Shown: positions 41,064 through 50,301, counted from the stretch's first letter. The stretch is DNA of 64,000 bases from an uncultured virus (IMG/VR IMGVR_UViG_3300025066_001240) (IMGVR_UViG_3300025066_001240); one strand, 5' to 3'. The notes: generated from the letters alone by a model not told the origin. Made by a program: numbers and translations.

Positions 41064-41466
41064 TGTAGATCAAAGCCTCGTCGAAACAGTTGTCTAATGT
41101 GTCTTCGTACTCTTTTTCCTTGATCAACTCTGGTACAATATACATACGCTTCATCATCTTACCGTCAGACAGTACGCCAATAGTAAGATAGTGTTTCGTT
41201 TTCTGACCCATAGTACCCAAAACCGACCTCACAACATAAATAGCGTCAGCTTCTGCCACATCTATTATAGTTCGGTTAGAGCGAAATTGCAAGTGTAAAT
41301 CCTGAATAAAGACGGAATTCTTTTCACAGTATTCCTTTACGTCAAACCACTCATCGTAGTCTTGGCAGAAAAAGTGTTCACCATTAGTAGTCATCACCTT
41401 AATGAAAACATACTTAGTGTTACTCTTCTTACTGCGATAAAATTGTGCCCATCTTTGATTATCCAT
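41026..41466 (-). CDS. Hypothetical protein
   Basis: 146-aa coupled ORF. Confidence 0.65.
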   Translation of the reverse strand: MDNQRWAQFYRSKKSNTKYVFIKVMTTNGEHFFCQDYDEWFDVKEYCEKNSVFIQDLHLQFRSNRTIIDVAEADAIYVVRSVLGTMGQKTKHYLTIGVLSDGKMMKRMYIVPELIKEKEYEDTLDNCFDEALIYNEKTKKNRQEQV

Positions 41467-41474
41467 GATTTCCC

Positions 41475-41789
41475 TTATCTAACAGTGGTGGTACATTTGC
41501 TGGACCGAGGTGTTTGAACCGGATCCTTCCTCATGCCATCAGCCATTTCCGCCGCATTCGGCGTCATGACCGTAGCCCCACCCGCATCGTTTCTGGCGAA
41601 CTGATCGAACACTCTACCTTTACCCTCAACCTTTGTGGGAACGGTATTATTCTTAGGTAGTGTACTGATAAACTTTTTGATTGCAATTTGTGATCGGTCT
41701 AAATCCTTACACAGTTCCTTTACTCCTAAATCTACATGATTCTCAATGTAGAATTTTTCTGCCTTACTGAGCGGTCCCTTCTTAGTCAT
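41475..41789 (-). CDS. Hypothetical protein with Myb/HTH-like N-terminus
   Basis: KGPLSKAEKFYIENH..ELCKDLDRS. Confidence 0.6.
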   Translation of the reverse strand: MTKKGPLSKAEKFYIENHVDLGVKELCKDLDRSQIAIKKFISTLPKNNTVPTKVEGKGRVFDQFARNDAGGATVMTPNAAEMADGMRKDPVQTPRSSKCTTTVR

Positions 41790-42138
41790 TCAAAAATCCC
41801 CTTTGTGCCTTTGTCAGGTAAATAGAATTGTTAGTCTTGAGGTAAGTCAAGTACAAATCGAACGTATTCTTGGAAACTCTCTTCATTTTGGTATCAAGAT
41901 TACGTTGTCTCTTACTGTACGGCCCCATGGGGTCGAGCAGTGTTCCCGTGTGTGTCAGGACGTAGTAAACCATAGCACCCCCCGCCTCAGTGTTAGAAAT
42001 CGTCTTAGCATAGTGCGGTACCTTATGCTTGTTTTCTTCACCTACTAGAGATCCAGTTCTGTCGAACAGTTCTTCTTTTCGCGTATCTGAAATAGCGAAT
42101 GGCTTGTTTACATAACGCATCTGTGGTTTTTCTGTCAT
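41782..42138 (-). CDS. Hypothetical protein
   Basis: 118-aa coupled ORF. Confidence 0.65.
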   Translation of the reverse strand: MTEKPQMRYVNKPFAISDTRKEELFDRTGSLVGEENKHKVPHYAKTISNTEAGGAMVYYVLTHTGTLLDPMGPYSKRQRNLDTKMKRVSKNTFDLYLTYLKTNNSIYLTKAQRGFLND

Positions 42139-42494
42139 TTCTTACCTTCCATAACGTAGCGTAGTTTTTGATTAGGAGACATCTTATTAATCTCCTTACT
42201 GGTGGCGTCACCGCCATGTTTGTCCACCCAAGTCTTGGGTTCTTCCGGAGTTTCCTCACGCTTCTTGGCAGCCGCTTCAGCTATTCTGGTTTTGTTAGCC
42301 TTAGTATTCTTAGCGGCTAACTGACCAACGGTCTCCACTTTCTTTACCTGAAATCCCAATCCACCGGAAATAACTCTAGACAACGCTGGTTCCCCACACG
42401 CTGGACATATCTCTAGTGGTAGATCGGTCATCCCCTGTGTAACATCCTCAAGGAAATGCTCACACCCTGAGCACTCATAGTCGTAGTCTGGCAT
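42135..42494 (-). CDS. FmdB-family zinc-ribbon protein
   Basis: MPDYDYECSGCEH..CPACG..RVIS. Confidence 0.85.
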   Translation of the reverse strand: MPDYDYECSGCEHFLEDVTQGMTDLPLEICPACGEPALSRVISGGLGFQVKKVETVGQLAAKNTKANKTRIAEAAAKKREETPEEPKTWVDKHGGDATSKEINKMSPNQKLRYVMEGKK

Positions 42495-43148
42495 TCAACT
42501 CTCCAACGCTTGAATCACTTCACCTAAGATACCATTACGCTGAATATCTCTATATGTTAATTCACAAATAGCACATCTATCAATACCGCCTATCTTATCA
42601 ATAACGGACTGTAGACCGCTTCTACCACATAAGTCATCCTGATGGGTGTCACCGTTAATGAGTACTTTAGAATTCTGTCCCATACGAGTGATAAACATTT
42701 TGATTTGCTCAAGTGTACAGTTCTGAGCCTCGTCCAGAATCATATATGTGTCATGGAAAGTTGCTCCACGCATGAGTTCCAGGGGGCGATATTGAATAGC
42801 ACCATCGTTTGAGTAGTGACCGTAGAATGCCTGACCAAGAAAATGCTTCAGATTCTCTTCCATTGGCAGTAGATACGGTGCGATCTTTTCATTCATCTCT
42901 CCCGGCAAAGAACCAATTTCCTTGCCGGTACTAACAAGGGGTCTCGTAACAATGACCTGTGCGGTTTCGCCCTTATGCAGTTGGTGTGCCGCTATACCGG
43001 CGGCTATAAAAGACTTCCCAGACCCAGATGGTCCGGAACAGATGATTATGTCATGCTCAATGATAGCTCGGATGTAATCTTTCTGATTAAATGTTTTAGC
43101 TTCAAGGGCAACAAGTTTAGGTTGCTTCCCCTTTTTAGATTTTCTCAT
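42495..43148 (-). CDS. phoH: PhoH-family ATPase
   Basis: GPSGSGKS, TRP, GSLPG..EK, MRGATF, LDEAQN, TRMG, GD..Q.D. Confidence 0.93.
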   Translation of the reverse strand: MRKSKKGKQPKLVALEAKTFNQKDYIRAIIEHDIIICSGPSGSGKSFIAAGIAAHQLHKGETAQVIVTRPLVSTGKEIGSLPGEMNEKIAPYLLPMEENLKHFLGQAFYGHYSNDGAIQYRPLELMRGATFHDTYMILDEAQNCTLEQIKMFITRMGQNSKVLINGDTHQDDLCGRSGLQSVIDKIGGIDRCAICELTYRDIQRNGILGEVIQALES

Positions 43149-43156
43149 GTGACCCC

Positions 43157-43687
43157 TTATAGATCAGATTCTTTGACGAAGATTCCGTCGATCATTTTGC
43201 CTTTACGGTCTTTAATGTCTTCCCATGCTTTTGCAAGACAGTCTTCGAGAGAGATATTGTTTCTCTCAGTAATATTCAGCATAACGACTAACATATCCCC
43301 AATATCATCCCTGATATCCTTACCCTTACACACGCTGTCGGATAGCTCACCTAACTCTTGAGCGAGTTTTAGGGTTTGGTCCTTATCTGTGCTACCGTCT
43401 ATTAGGTTTCGGTCATGGTGCCACCCAATGACATCATCAATCAACGCCGCGAGGCGGTACTTGTTAGTAGTATATTGAATAGGTAACTCATAGTTATCCA
43501 TTAATCGTGCCTTCGCCCCGCGAAATAGACCATCCCTATTTGCGATAACACTGGTAACGTAGAAATTATTACCATGTTCATCTACTCCCGCCTCACATAC
43601 ACCAGACATAGGTATATCAAAGGTTCCTGCTTGCCATCCAGTCAACTGGGCCATTCTCGCCGTCTGATCCGCGTGCTGCTCTGTCAT
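43157..43687 (-). CDS. MazG-like NTP pyrophosphohydrolase
   Basis: KLAQELGEL..DDIGDMLVV..CLAKAWEDIKDRKG. Confidence 0.85.
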   Translation of the reverse strand: MTEQHADQTARMAQLTGWQAGTFDIPMSGVCEAGVDEHGNNFYVTSVIANRDGLFRGAKARLMDNYELPIQYTTNKYRLAALIDDVIGWHHDRNLIDGSTDKDQTLKLAQELGELSDSVCKGKDIRDDIGDMLVVMLNITERNNISLEDCLAKAWEDIKDRKGKMIDGIFVKESDL

Positions 43688-43998
43688 AGTTTCATATCTC
43701 CAAAGTCCATGTCTTCCAAATCGTTCTTACTAGCACCAATTTTGTAACTGGTGATCTCATGTTCCTGAGGGGCGACCTGTACAGATTCGCTACTCATCCA
43801 AGGCTCAGTCCAACCAGCAATAGGGTTTTTGCCAACGTTGTCGTATGGCAGGCCAATATTCTTACGGCGTGACATACACAACCAATCAATATACTGGTGA
43901 AGAACATCGTAACGCTGAACACCAAGGTCTTTCCCTAGGAATAAGGGTTGACTCATAGGGTCCACATGTTTAAGATTGAAAATTGTTTTCATTGTCAC
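43684..43998 (-). pseudogene. nrdB: Ribonucleotide reductase class Ia beta subunit with large in-frame internal deletion (mini-NrdB)
   Basis: N-terminus QPLFLGKDLGVQRYD joined directly to C-terminus VLHQYIDW..NPI.GW..W..SVQVAPQEHEITSY; the di-iron core is absent. Confidence 0.8.
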
Positions 43999-44001
43999 TC
44001 A

Positions 44002-44622
44002 TTACCAAAGTAATACTGGTACTATTACTATGTCTTTGATTGAGGCGTCCCGCATGGTTACGCTACCCGTTTCACTGTCCGTTGAAAATTTAAGGACAAT
44101 ATCATACCGCTTACCCTTTTGGATATCCGTAAGGTTAACTTGATCACCGTCGTTTGGGAGGAACACTTCTACGGATTTCATCTCATAGTACACTCTCTGT
44201 ACGTAAAGTATGAAAACGCCAGATGGAGAATGAGAATTGTCTTCTATTACACGTCCCTGCTGACCCTCGCCCTCTAAGACATTGGTCTGATCGTTAGGTT
44301 CCGGTTTTGGGTCAGCGACCACATCCCATTTCTTACTCTTACCCTCGAAGAAAACCGTCTTTTCTTCTGTCCTCTCTTCATCTGTATAAAAAGCAAACTC
44401 ACCCTCTATTATGGGTTCTTCATCTATATCTATGAAAGGTTCTAACTTTCCATTCCCCATTATAGGGTCTAACGTAAAGCTGGTAGTCAGCCCAAAATGA
44501 GTAAGCCCAAAGTGACTTGGAGCAGCCGTCCCCACTACGGTAGCTACCAGAGGCTCACTAATAGGAAGTAAAGCCCCAGCAAATAACCCGCTCAACGCTT
44601 TGTTAAATGTTCTTCTATCCAC
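44002..44622 (-). CDS. Hypothetical protein with Tat-like twin-arginine signal
   Basis: MDRRTFNKALSGLFAGALLP; internal HFGLT-HFGLT duplication. Confidence 0.6.
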   Translation of the reverse strand: MDRRTFNKALSGLFAGALLPISEPLVATVVGTAAPSHFGLTHFGLTTSFTLDPIMGNGKLEPFIDIDEEPIIEGEFAFYTDEERTEEKTVFFEGKSKKWDVVADPKPEPNDQTNVLEGEGQQGRVIEDNSHSPSGVFILYVQRVYYEMKSVEVFLPNDGDQVNLTDIQKGKRYDIVLKFSTDSETGSVTMRDASIKDIVIVPVLLW

Positions 44623-44758
44623 GGTATTTTCTCCCGTTAGTTGTTTTCGTCTGCAAAATCATTGATACCCTTCCTGATTTGTTCCCCTTGATCTATTTGT
44701 TCTTCGGTTATTTCTTTCTCTCCATAGCTCTGTGCGGACCATCCGGGAGGATCACTCT

Positions 44759-44787
44759 ATTATATCCCTCAGACCCCGTATTGTCAA
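44759..44787 (-). promoter_or_regulatory. Consensus sigma70 promoter
   Basis: TTGACA-17nt-TATAAT. Confidence 0.8.
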
Positions 44788-44799
44788 TAGAAAAGTACA

Positions 44800-44838
44800 A
44801 AAAAAGTCCCCTCGCAGCATAAAAGCCGCAAGAGGACT
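44800..44838 (-). terminator. Intrinsic terminator closing the putative lysis cassette
   Basis: AGTCCTCTTGCGGC-TTTTAT-GCTGCGAGGGGACT followed by a T run. Confidence 0.75.
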
Positions 44839-44857
44839 ATGAAATTGAATCTACTTC

Positions 44858-45064
44858 TTAGTCGAGAGGTTTGTCAGGCTGAACAATTGTCACTTCGATT
44901 CCCTCTCCAAGCTGTATGGTGGCAATCTTCTTGCCGTCTTCCACTTTGAACTCAACCATGTCAATGATGGTTTTAACCCTTTCGACTTGTTCTTTTGTCA
45001 CACCTAGATGTTCAAGTACTGTGTCAACAAGGCGACCTGTTATTGTCATTGACTTGTACCCCAC
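44858..45064 (-). CDS. Hypothetical protein
   Basis: 68-aa coupled ORF. Confidence 0.55.
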   Translation of the reverse strand: MGYKSMTITGRLVDTVLEHLGVTKEQVERVKTIIDMVEFKVEDGKKIATIQLGEGIEVTIVQPDKPLD

Positions 45065-45522
45065 GAAATAGCGGTTAGGATCTTCACAAGTCGTTCACGG
45101 CGGTCACCATCTAATGGTATATTTTCTTTACCGATAGCAGAAATCACTGCTTTATCGATAGCTTCACCTAGATCTGGGTAGATGCCCTTGATATCTTGAC
45201 CAGCAAAGTTCATCGCACCAGCCATGATATTGAATTCACGGAACTGACCGGTGCTCTTTAAGAAGCCGGGGTCAGTCTCGATAACGCTTGCCATCTCAAC
45301 GAAGAAGGGTCTGAGTACAGATGAATGCTCTTTGCTAATATCAATGTCTACAACGTTTTTAACCATCTTCTGGTATAAATCGGACGGTTCGTCTACGACA
45401 ACTACGTCTGGCGTGTTTGGGGTAAAGTCTACGTTATCCTTTGCCCACTGAACTAATTGTTCCCCAAAGAGACCTGTAAGTACTAAAATGAAGGCGGCGA
45501 TAAGTCTTGTTTTTTTGTTCAT
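45046..45522 (-). CDS. Hypothetical membrane-anchored/exported protein
   Basis: N-terminal MNKKTRLIAAFILVLTGLFG signal/anchor. Confidence 0.65.
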   Translation of the reverse strand: MNKKTRLIAAFILVLTGLFGEQLVQWAKDNVDFTPNTPDVVVVDEPSDLYQKMVKNVVDIDISKEHSSVLRPFFVEMASVIETDPGFLKSTGQFREFNIMAGAMNFAGQDIKGIYPDLGEAIDKAVISAIGKENIPLDGDRRERLVKILTAISWGTSQ

Positions 45523-45896
45523 AGTTCCACATTTCCTTGAACATCTTTACTGCTCGTGTCTGTAATACTGCCACGAAGGCCCCCAACGTCAGTATGCCCA
45601 GCCCCATCCTTGACAACAAATAGTGGGAAGATCTTGTCCAACTCAGAGATAGCTTCCGTCAACCCGCGATTAACAAGTTGGTTTCTGAGATCCTCCCAGC
45701 GTGACACTACAGTGCATAATGAATCTTCAGGGCATACCTCTGGATGGTCATTCTTTTCCGACGTAGGAACATCTTCTTTTTTCTCGTCCTTGACCCGCTT
45801 TAAGATTTTAGGCGAGATACCCTTAATCTGCCCCCAAAATGTGCTACCTCCAAGTAGTACTCCTAGACCAACTATGATCATCTGAAATGCCGTCAC
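45519..45896 (-). CDS. Hypothetical membrane-anchored protein
   Basis: N-terminal TM helix. Confidence 0.65.
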   Translation of the reverse strand: MTAFQMIIVGLGVLLGGSTFWGQIKGISPKILKRVKDEKKEDVPTSEKNDHPEVCPEDSLCTVVSRWEDLRNQLVNRGLTEAISELDKIFPLFVVKDGAGHTDVGGLRGSITDTSSKDVQGNVEL

Positions 45897-45908
45897 TACA
45901 CTGTCCCC

Positions 45909-46262
45909 CTATAGGTTTTTCTTAAATGAGTGGTAAGAACTAATCGCTTCGGTTAGTTCTTTTTCGGAAAGTTTTTCTGAAACATTGAGTAATGCGTTGA
46001 AGGCGGCTTTTCTTTCTCTGAAAGGTAATCTTTTAGCAATAACTCTTTTCATGACAAATCTAGCTATGAATCCCGGACGCTTGATAGAACTCTTGATGGA
46101 TTCCTCGTTGCTCCCACATCGATATAGAAGTCTTATTAACGTAAATATGATCTTGAATATTGTGATCAGTATCATAGGATCTACGCCAAAGTTTTTATCC
46201 TCTGACTTAGCGTAAACTAACACACGTGCTGCCAATTCTGTCAGCTTGTCGTCATTCATCAA
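45909..46262 (-). CDS. Hypothetical membrane protein
   Basis: DPMILITIFKIIFTLIRLL hydrophobic helix then Cys. Confidence 0.65.
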   Translation of the reverse strand: MMNDDKLTELAARVLVYAKSEDKNFGVDPMILITIFKIIFTLIRLLYRCGSNEESIKSSIKRPGFIARFVMKRVIAKRLPFRERKAAFNALLNVSEKLSEKELTEAISSYHSFKKNL

Positions 46263-46908
46263 TTTCAGCCTTTAAAATGGAAAGTACTTCTTGGTGCGTC
46301 TGAAAACCCTCAACTCTTTTCACTGGGCTATTCAAATCGTCTCTCGCCACGACCAACATGGTTGGGTAGGCACCAATCTTATAGTACTTGAAGAATTTCG
46401 AATAGTCCTTTTCTTCGTCGTCTTCATCCATTATATAAAGTGTTATCCGATTGTCAAGCAAAAACTTCTCTAATTCTGGATTTGCCCATGTTTTTTTCTG
46501 CATATCTATACACGGATGGCACCAACTGGCACCCATATGGTAAACCATAATGTTATTTCGGTCAGCCTCGTCTAGTAGGGCAACTCCTCCGAACCGTCCG
46601 TTTGTTTGGGCGTTTTGACCCTTGACGCAGTTGCAATTTGACTTCTTGCAACCGCACTGGCACTTTTTTGCGATGGGTTCCGGGGCTTTATTCTTACAAG
46701 CTGGACAACCGGGGCACTCCGTCTTGTGACCGTCACCATGAGTGATCCATCCAGTTCCATCACAAAGGTCGTTTACTGGGGCTTCTGGAGAATCTCCTGA
46801 GGTCATAATAGCTTTAGCTAAGTTTACTACCACGTATGGTCTATAAGCCCATGATCCTGATGAGGATGAAGTAAATACTAATAATGTAGCAAAAAGTAAG
46901 TTTTTCAT
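46252..46908 (-). CDS. Exported thioredoxin-domain protein with Cys-rich region
   Basis: Signal peptide; CDGTG..CPGCPAC..CQCGC..CNC; ASWCHPC; cis-Pro YPT. Confidence 0.82.
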   Translation of the reverse strand: MKNLLFATLLVFTSSSSGSWAYRPYVVVNLAKAIMTSGDSPEAPVNDLCDGTGWITHGDGHKTECPGCPACKNKAPEPIAKKCQCGCKKSNCNCVKGQNAQTNGRFGGVALLDEADRNNIMVYHMGASWCHPCIDMQKKTWANPELEKFLLDNRITLYIMDEDDEEKDYSKFFKYYKIGAYPTMLVVARDDLNSPVKRVEGFQTHQEVLSILKAEIDE

Positions 46909-46916
46909 TTTATACC

Positions 46917-47843
46917 CTACAAATATGTTGAAGTACCGTAGTCTAGTAAATCCCTGGCAGGGAAACCGTCTACGTTACTAAAGACCCAAGACCCCTGACT
47001 AGCCAGCATTCCTCTTGCGTCCTTTTCGCGAATCCAGAAGCTACCATCAGGCTGTCCATGCACCTTAGGACCGGAATTCCATCTACCCCAACTGTTTTGT
47101 ACAAGGAATAGTGTTTCATTGAACCTGTCGTTCGTGTCATCACAAGCAATCCACGCCATAGCGTGTGACCAGCCACTAGATCTCTTTGCTATGCCCTTGG
47201 CGTCTCTCCTAGAAGAAAAACCGTAACCAGAGCATACAGAGAGGGCATACCCGTTAGAGAGGGCGTCTCGTGCCTCCTGAACGGTCGTAACCATACTGAT
47301 CGTCTTGACTTGGTGCTTCTTTGCCTCAGTCGTATAGATAGACGCTGGGATGCGTTTTCTTGCACCTAGACTGGAATTGTAGGTTGATAGGTCTACTTTA
47401 CCGTAGTTCTTACGGAGTAGAATACCTCCCTTACTGTTCACGTATCTGGCCGCACCGGAACAGGTCATCCCCTGGCCGCTATGACTTCGTGATTGATAGA
47501 TACCCTCTGTAGCACCTCGTGCCTCAAAAGACTCTGATTCTCCCTTTACGTGGATTTCAACAGCACGACTGATATCCAAAGCGTTTCGTGTAGCGTGGCT
47601 AACACAGTCGCCGGTCGTTTGTTTTTCGGCGGGTCCAAAACCCGGATCAAATTTGAGTAATGACTTAAAGGGAAGGGAGAGTTTCCCCTCCCCCGAGCCA
47701 CACAACCCGAAAGCTGCTGGACCAAATAAGGGAGTCTTTAACTTACCAAGTAGCTCTGCAGTCTCTTTAGGGTCACATATGCTCCCCTCAAAACCATCAC
47801 GATAAGCGTTTAAGAGAGAACGTGGTGTATCAAACTCCCTCAT
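46917..47843 (-). CDS. Papain-like (C1) cysteine peptidase
   Basis: Q-TTGD-C-VSHA (Gln/Cys), WS-H-AM, Q-N-SWG catalytic motifs. Confidence 0.85.
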   Translation of the reverse strand: MREFDTPRSLLNAYRDGFEGSICDPKETAELLGKLKTPLFGPAAFGLCGSGEGKLSLPFKSLLKFDPGFGPAEKQTTGDCVSHATRNALDISRAVEIHVKGESESFEARGATEGIYQSRSHSGQGMTCSGAARYVNSKGGILLRKNYGKVDLSTYNSSLGARKRIPASIYTTEAKKHQVKTISMVTTVQEARDALSNGYALSVCSGYGFSSRRDAKGIAKRSSGWSHAMAWIACDDTNDRFNETLFLVQNSWGRWNSGPKVHGQPDGSFWIREKDARGMLASQGSWVFSNVDGFPARDLLDYGTSTYL

Positions 47844-47845
47844 AA

Positions 47846-48061
47846 CTACTCCTTGTCGTCAGTGTTATTTTTCATCCACTTAATAACAGTGTCAAGAGCT
47901 AGAGCAATGACAGGTACTACAAGAGCACCCATATTGCCCAAGTCTAGTTCGCCAAGGTTTTGCATTACGTAAGTTACAGCGGCAGCACCGCCAACAAGTA
48001 GTGCGTTTTTACCCAAATTACTTAGGTCGGAAATATCAAGTTTGAACTTTTTAGATCCCAT
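47846..48061 (-). CDS. Holin-like small two-TM protein
   Basis: 71 aa, two hydrophobic helices, charged C-terminal tail. Confidence 0.55.
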   Translation of the reverse strand: MGSKKFKLDISDLSNLGKNALLVGGAAAVTYVMQNLGELDLGNMGALVVPVIALALDTVIKWMKNNTDDKE

Positions 48062-48064
48062 TTG

Positions 48065-48643
48065 TTACTCCTGTATCTTGATGTGAATTAGAAATCCTTC
48101 ATGTTGACCATCATCTAATCGATAAGGGTGTCCAATGAAGCGAAGTTTCCTTTTATCTACAGATACGGTTTCGATATCAATTCTTCTGCTCATCATTAAG
48201 CAGGAACTAAGTTCGTCTAAGAAATTCCCTCTTTCTTCGTCGTCTACAACCGTAACCCAGTCTAATCCACCGCTAATGTCGCCCTGACCAACAGTCTGTT
48301 GGTAGAAATTTTCATTAGCCCAGATTAGATTTCCTTCCCTGTCAGTCTCAAAGAGACACCTATCCTGATAATGCAACGCTATCTTCGAACGTTGATCAAT
48401 AACTGTTTGGCGTACTTCCATGCGATCACAGGTGTTAGAAAGTTTCAATACCATATCTTTAATAGAACCACCTCCGTTGTAACTGACTTCGGATTTGATT
48501 TCTAAGATACTATTCTTGATTTCTTTCTGGTCTTTAAACCAAACACGAGTAACTTTGAAGAAACGCCACAGAAAAATGATAGCAGAGCCAATCGCACCCA
48601 CCAGAGATGCGATGGCTACAATTTCGTCTATGGTGATGTTCAT
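48065..48643 (-). CDS. Membrane-anchored PAS-domain protein
   Basis: N-terminal TM; FETDREGNLIWANENF..GLDWVTVVDDEER PAS signature. Confidence 0.7.
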   Translation of the reverse strand: MNITIDEIVAIASLVGAIGSAIIFLWRFFKVTRVWFKDQKEIKNSILEIKSEVSYNGGGSIKDMVLKLSNTCDRMEVRQTVIDQRSKIALHYQDRCLFETDREGNLIWANENFYQQTVGQGDISGGLDWVTVVDDEERGNFLDELSSCLMMSRRIDIETVSVDKRKLRFIGHPYRLDDGQHEGFLIHIKIQE

Positions 48644-48667
48644 AATGACTCCTACGAACGAGCCATC

Positions 48668-49330
48668 TTAGGATTCGTAAGAGTCTTGTGCCTTGTAGTC
48701 GTCACTCTGAGGATTTTTGCCACCAAACATATACGTCAACTCACCCGGAATAGCACGGGTTGTGTTTGCGGCAGCGTCGGCAGAAGCCTCATTTCCAGCA
48801 CCGCTTGGGCGGACAAAGTCAGAAGCAACACCGGTATTACCGCTCTTAGTTACAAACGAGTTGTAACCAGACGCTGGTGCAGCTAAAACGTCTATATCTA
48901 CAGTGCCATACAGGTGTGTACCTGAAGCCTGCATAGTAGATCCTCTGGAAGGATCAGCACCGTGTACATCAGCAGCACCACCAATCAGCAGTGTGTTAGC
49001 TACACCACCCAAGGTAGTTGTTACATTACCACCTTGAACAACCCACTCAGTGGCACCAGCCTGATAACCAAGCTGAGTAGTACCTTCTGTTATAGCACCG
49101 GGAACAGCACCAGAAATACCAACTTTGTCAGTATATTGAGATCCTGTACCATCTTGTGCAATTACCTTAGAACCATAGCTTTGACCTACGTCGTCAGCTA
49201 GTACGGAAAGAACAAGGTTGTTGTTAACAGGACTGTCTGAGGCGGGAGTTCCGCCGTGTACAACAGTTCCACCATCACGATTTTCAACGGCTGGCTGGTC
49301 GCCAGCACCACTTGGAGCTACAGTAGCCAC
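48668..49330 (-). CDS. Hypothetical Gly/Ala/Thr-rich protein, probable virion protein
   Basis: 220 aa low-charge composition; preceded by GTGTATAATA motif at 49404..49413. Confidence 0.6.
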   Translation of the reverse strand: MATVAPSGAGDQPAVENRDGGTVVHGGTPASDSPVNNNLVLSVLADDVGQSYGSKVIAQDGTGSQYTDKVGISGAVPGAITEGTTQLGYQAGATEWVVQGGNVTTTLGGVANTLLIGGAADVHGADPSRGSTMQASGTHLYGTVDIDVLAAPASGYNSFVTKSGNTGVASDFVRPSGAGNEASADAAANTTRAIPGELTYMFGGKNPQSDDYKAQDSYES

Positions 49331-49405
49331 ATTAAATCTCCTGTAAGTAAAAATGAAAAGTTTTAGATTTGTCCGTGTCCGACTGTAATTCCAATTCCTG
49401 TGATA

Positions 49406-49879
49406 TTATACACTTTTTAAAAGCGAAACTTTCAGTTTTTCCAGATTTTTCTGAAGTCTAACACGAATAGTCTCGCCACAAACTTGCCTATCTTCCGCCA
49501 ATTCCTTGATCGTCATGTTGTTATAGAACCTATCCATTATAAGTGACGGATCTTCACATGTTGCCGAAATGGTGTCCAACATGTCAATTTGAGCGACCGG
49601 ATCGTGCTTATCTTCAATGTTTTCATGAAGAACAGCGGCTTTTTTGGATTTATTGAACTTTCTTTGGCTGAGACACTCGTACACCACACCCGTATGTAGG
49701 TAGGAAGTGAATTTGGTCCCATTACGCTTATTGTACCGTTCTGACGCCCTCCACAGTGCGTTTAAAATACAACTTTGGATCTCATCCTGTGACAAAACCG
49801 TAGCAAAAGATGACGCCGCACTGTATGCGATGTTCATTACGTCTTCGTCATTCAGGTACTTCTGGATTTTCTTGTTCAT
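49406..49879 (-). CDS. Sigma70-family (ECF-like) RNA polymerase sigma factor
   Basis: ALWRASERYN..GTKFTSYL (region 2); MTIKELAE..CGETIRVRL (region 4 HTH); start at MNKKIQ. Confidence 0.8.
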   Translation of the reverse strand: MNKKIQKYLNDEDVMNIAYSAASSFATVLSQDEIQSCILNALWRASERYNKRNGTKFTSYLHTGVVYECLSQRKFNKSKKAAVLHENIEDKHDPVAQIDMLDTISATCEDPSLIMDRFYNNMTIKELAEDRQVCGETIRVRLQKNLEKLKVSLLKSV

Positions 49880-50291
49880 GTGTTTTTCCTTTACTTGTAA
49901 TAGTTTGTTCAATCTCTGCTCTGACTTCGCCGAAGTCGAACATTCTTCCAATCCCAACAAAAAACCTATATCTACTACAGATTTTTAAAACTTCCACGCC
50001 GCTAGTTTCGCTCAGTGTGTCCCTTATCTCCTCCGTTATGCTGAAGTTGGTGTGTCCCATCCAGCAGTTAAAATTTGATGCTATAGAGATATTCTCCATT
50101 AGCCGCTCGTTAATAGGAATGAGCAGTTGGTCCTCTTTCCTATCTTGTTCATCCTGATAAGGCACGCCTTCTTCTTCAGAGTCTTCTACCGCTCCCTCTT
50201 GTCTGTGTAACATGTCTAACAGTGGAGACTCAAGCTGACTTTGTAGTAAATCTTCGTATTTTTGCCAACCCACTTTGTTATTTGTTTTCAT
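49848..50291 (-). CDS. Hypothetical protein
   Basis: 147-aa ORF; WMGHTNF, GVEVLKI.SRYRF.VGIG. Confidence 0.65.
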   Translation of the reverse strand: MKTNNKVGWQKYEDLLQSQLESPLLDMLHRQEGAVEDSEEEGVPYQDEQDRKEDQLLIPINERLMENISIASNFNCWMGHTNFSITEEIRDTLSETSGVEVLKICSRYRFFVGIGRMFDFGEVRAEIEQTITSKGKTHEQENPEVPE

Positions 50292-50301
50292 GGTAGTGCC
50301 C

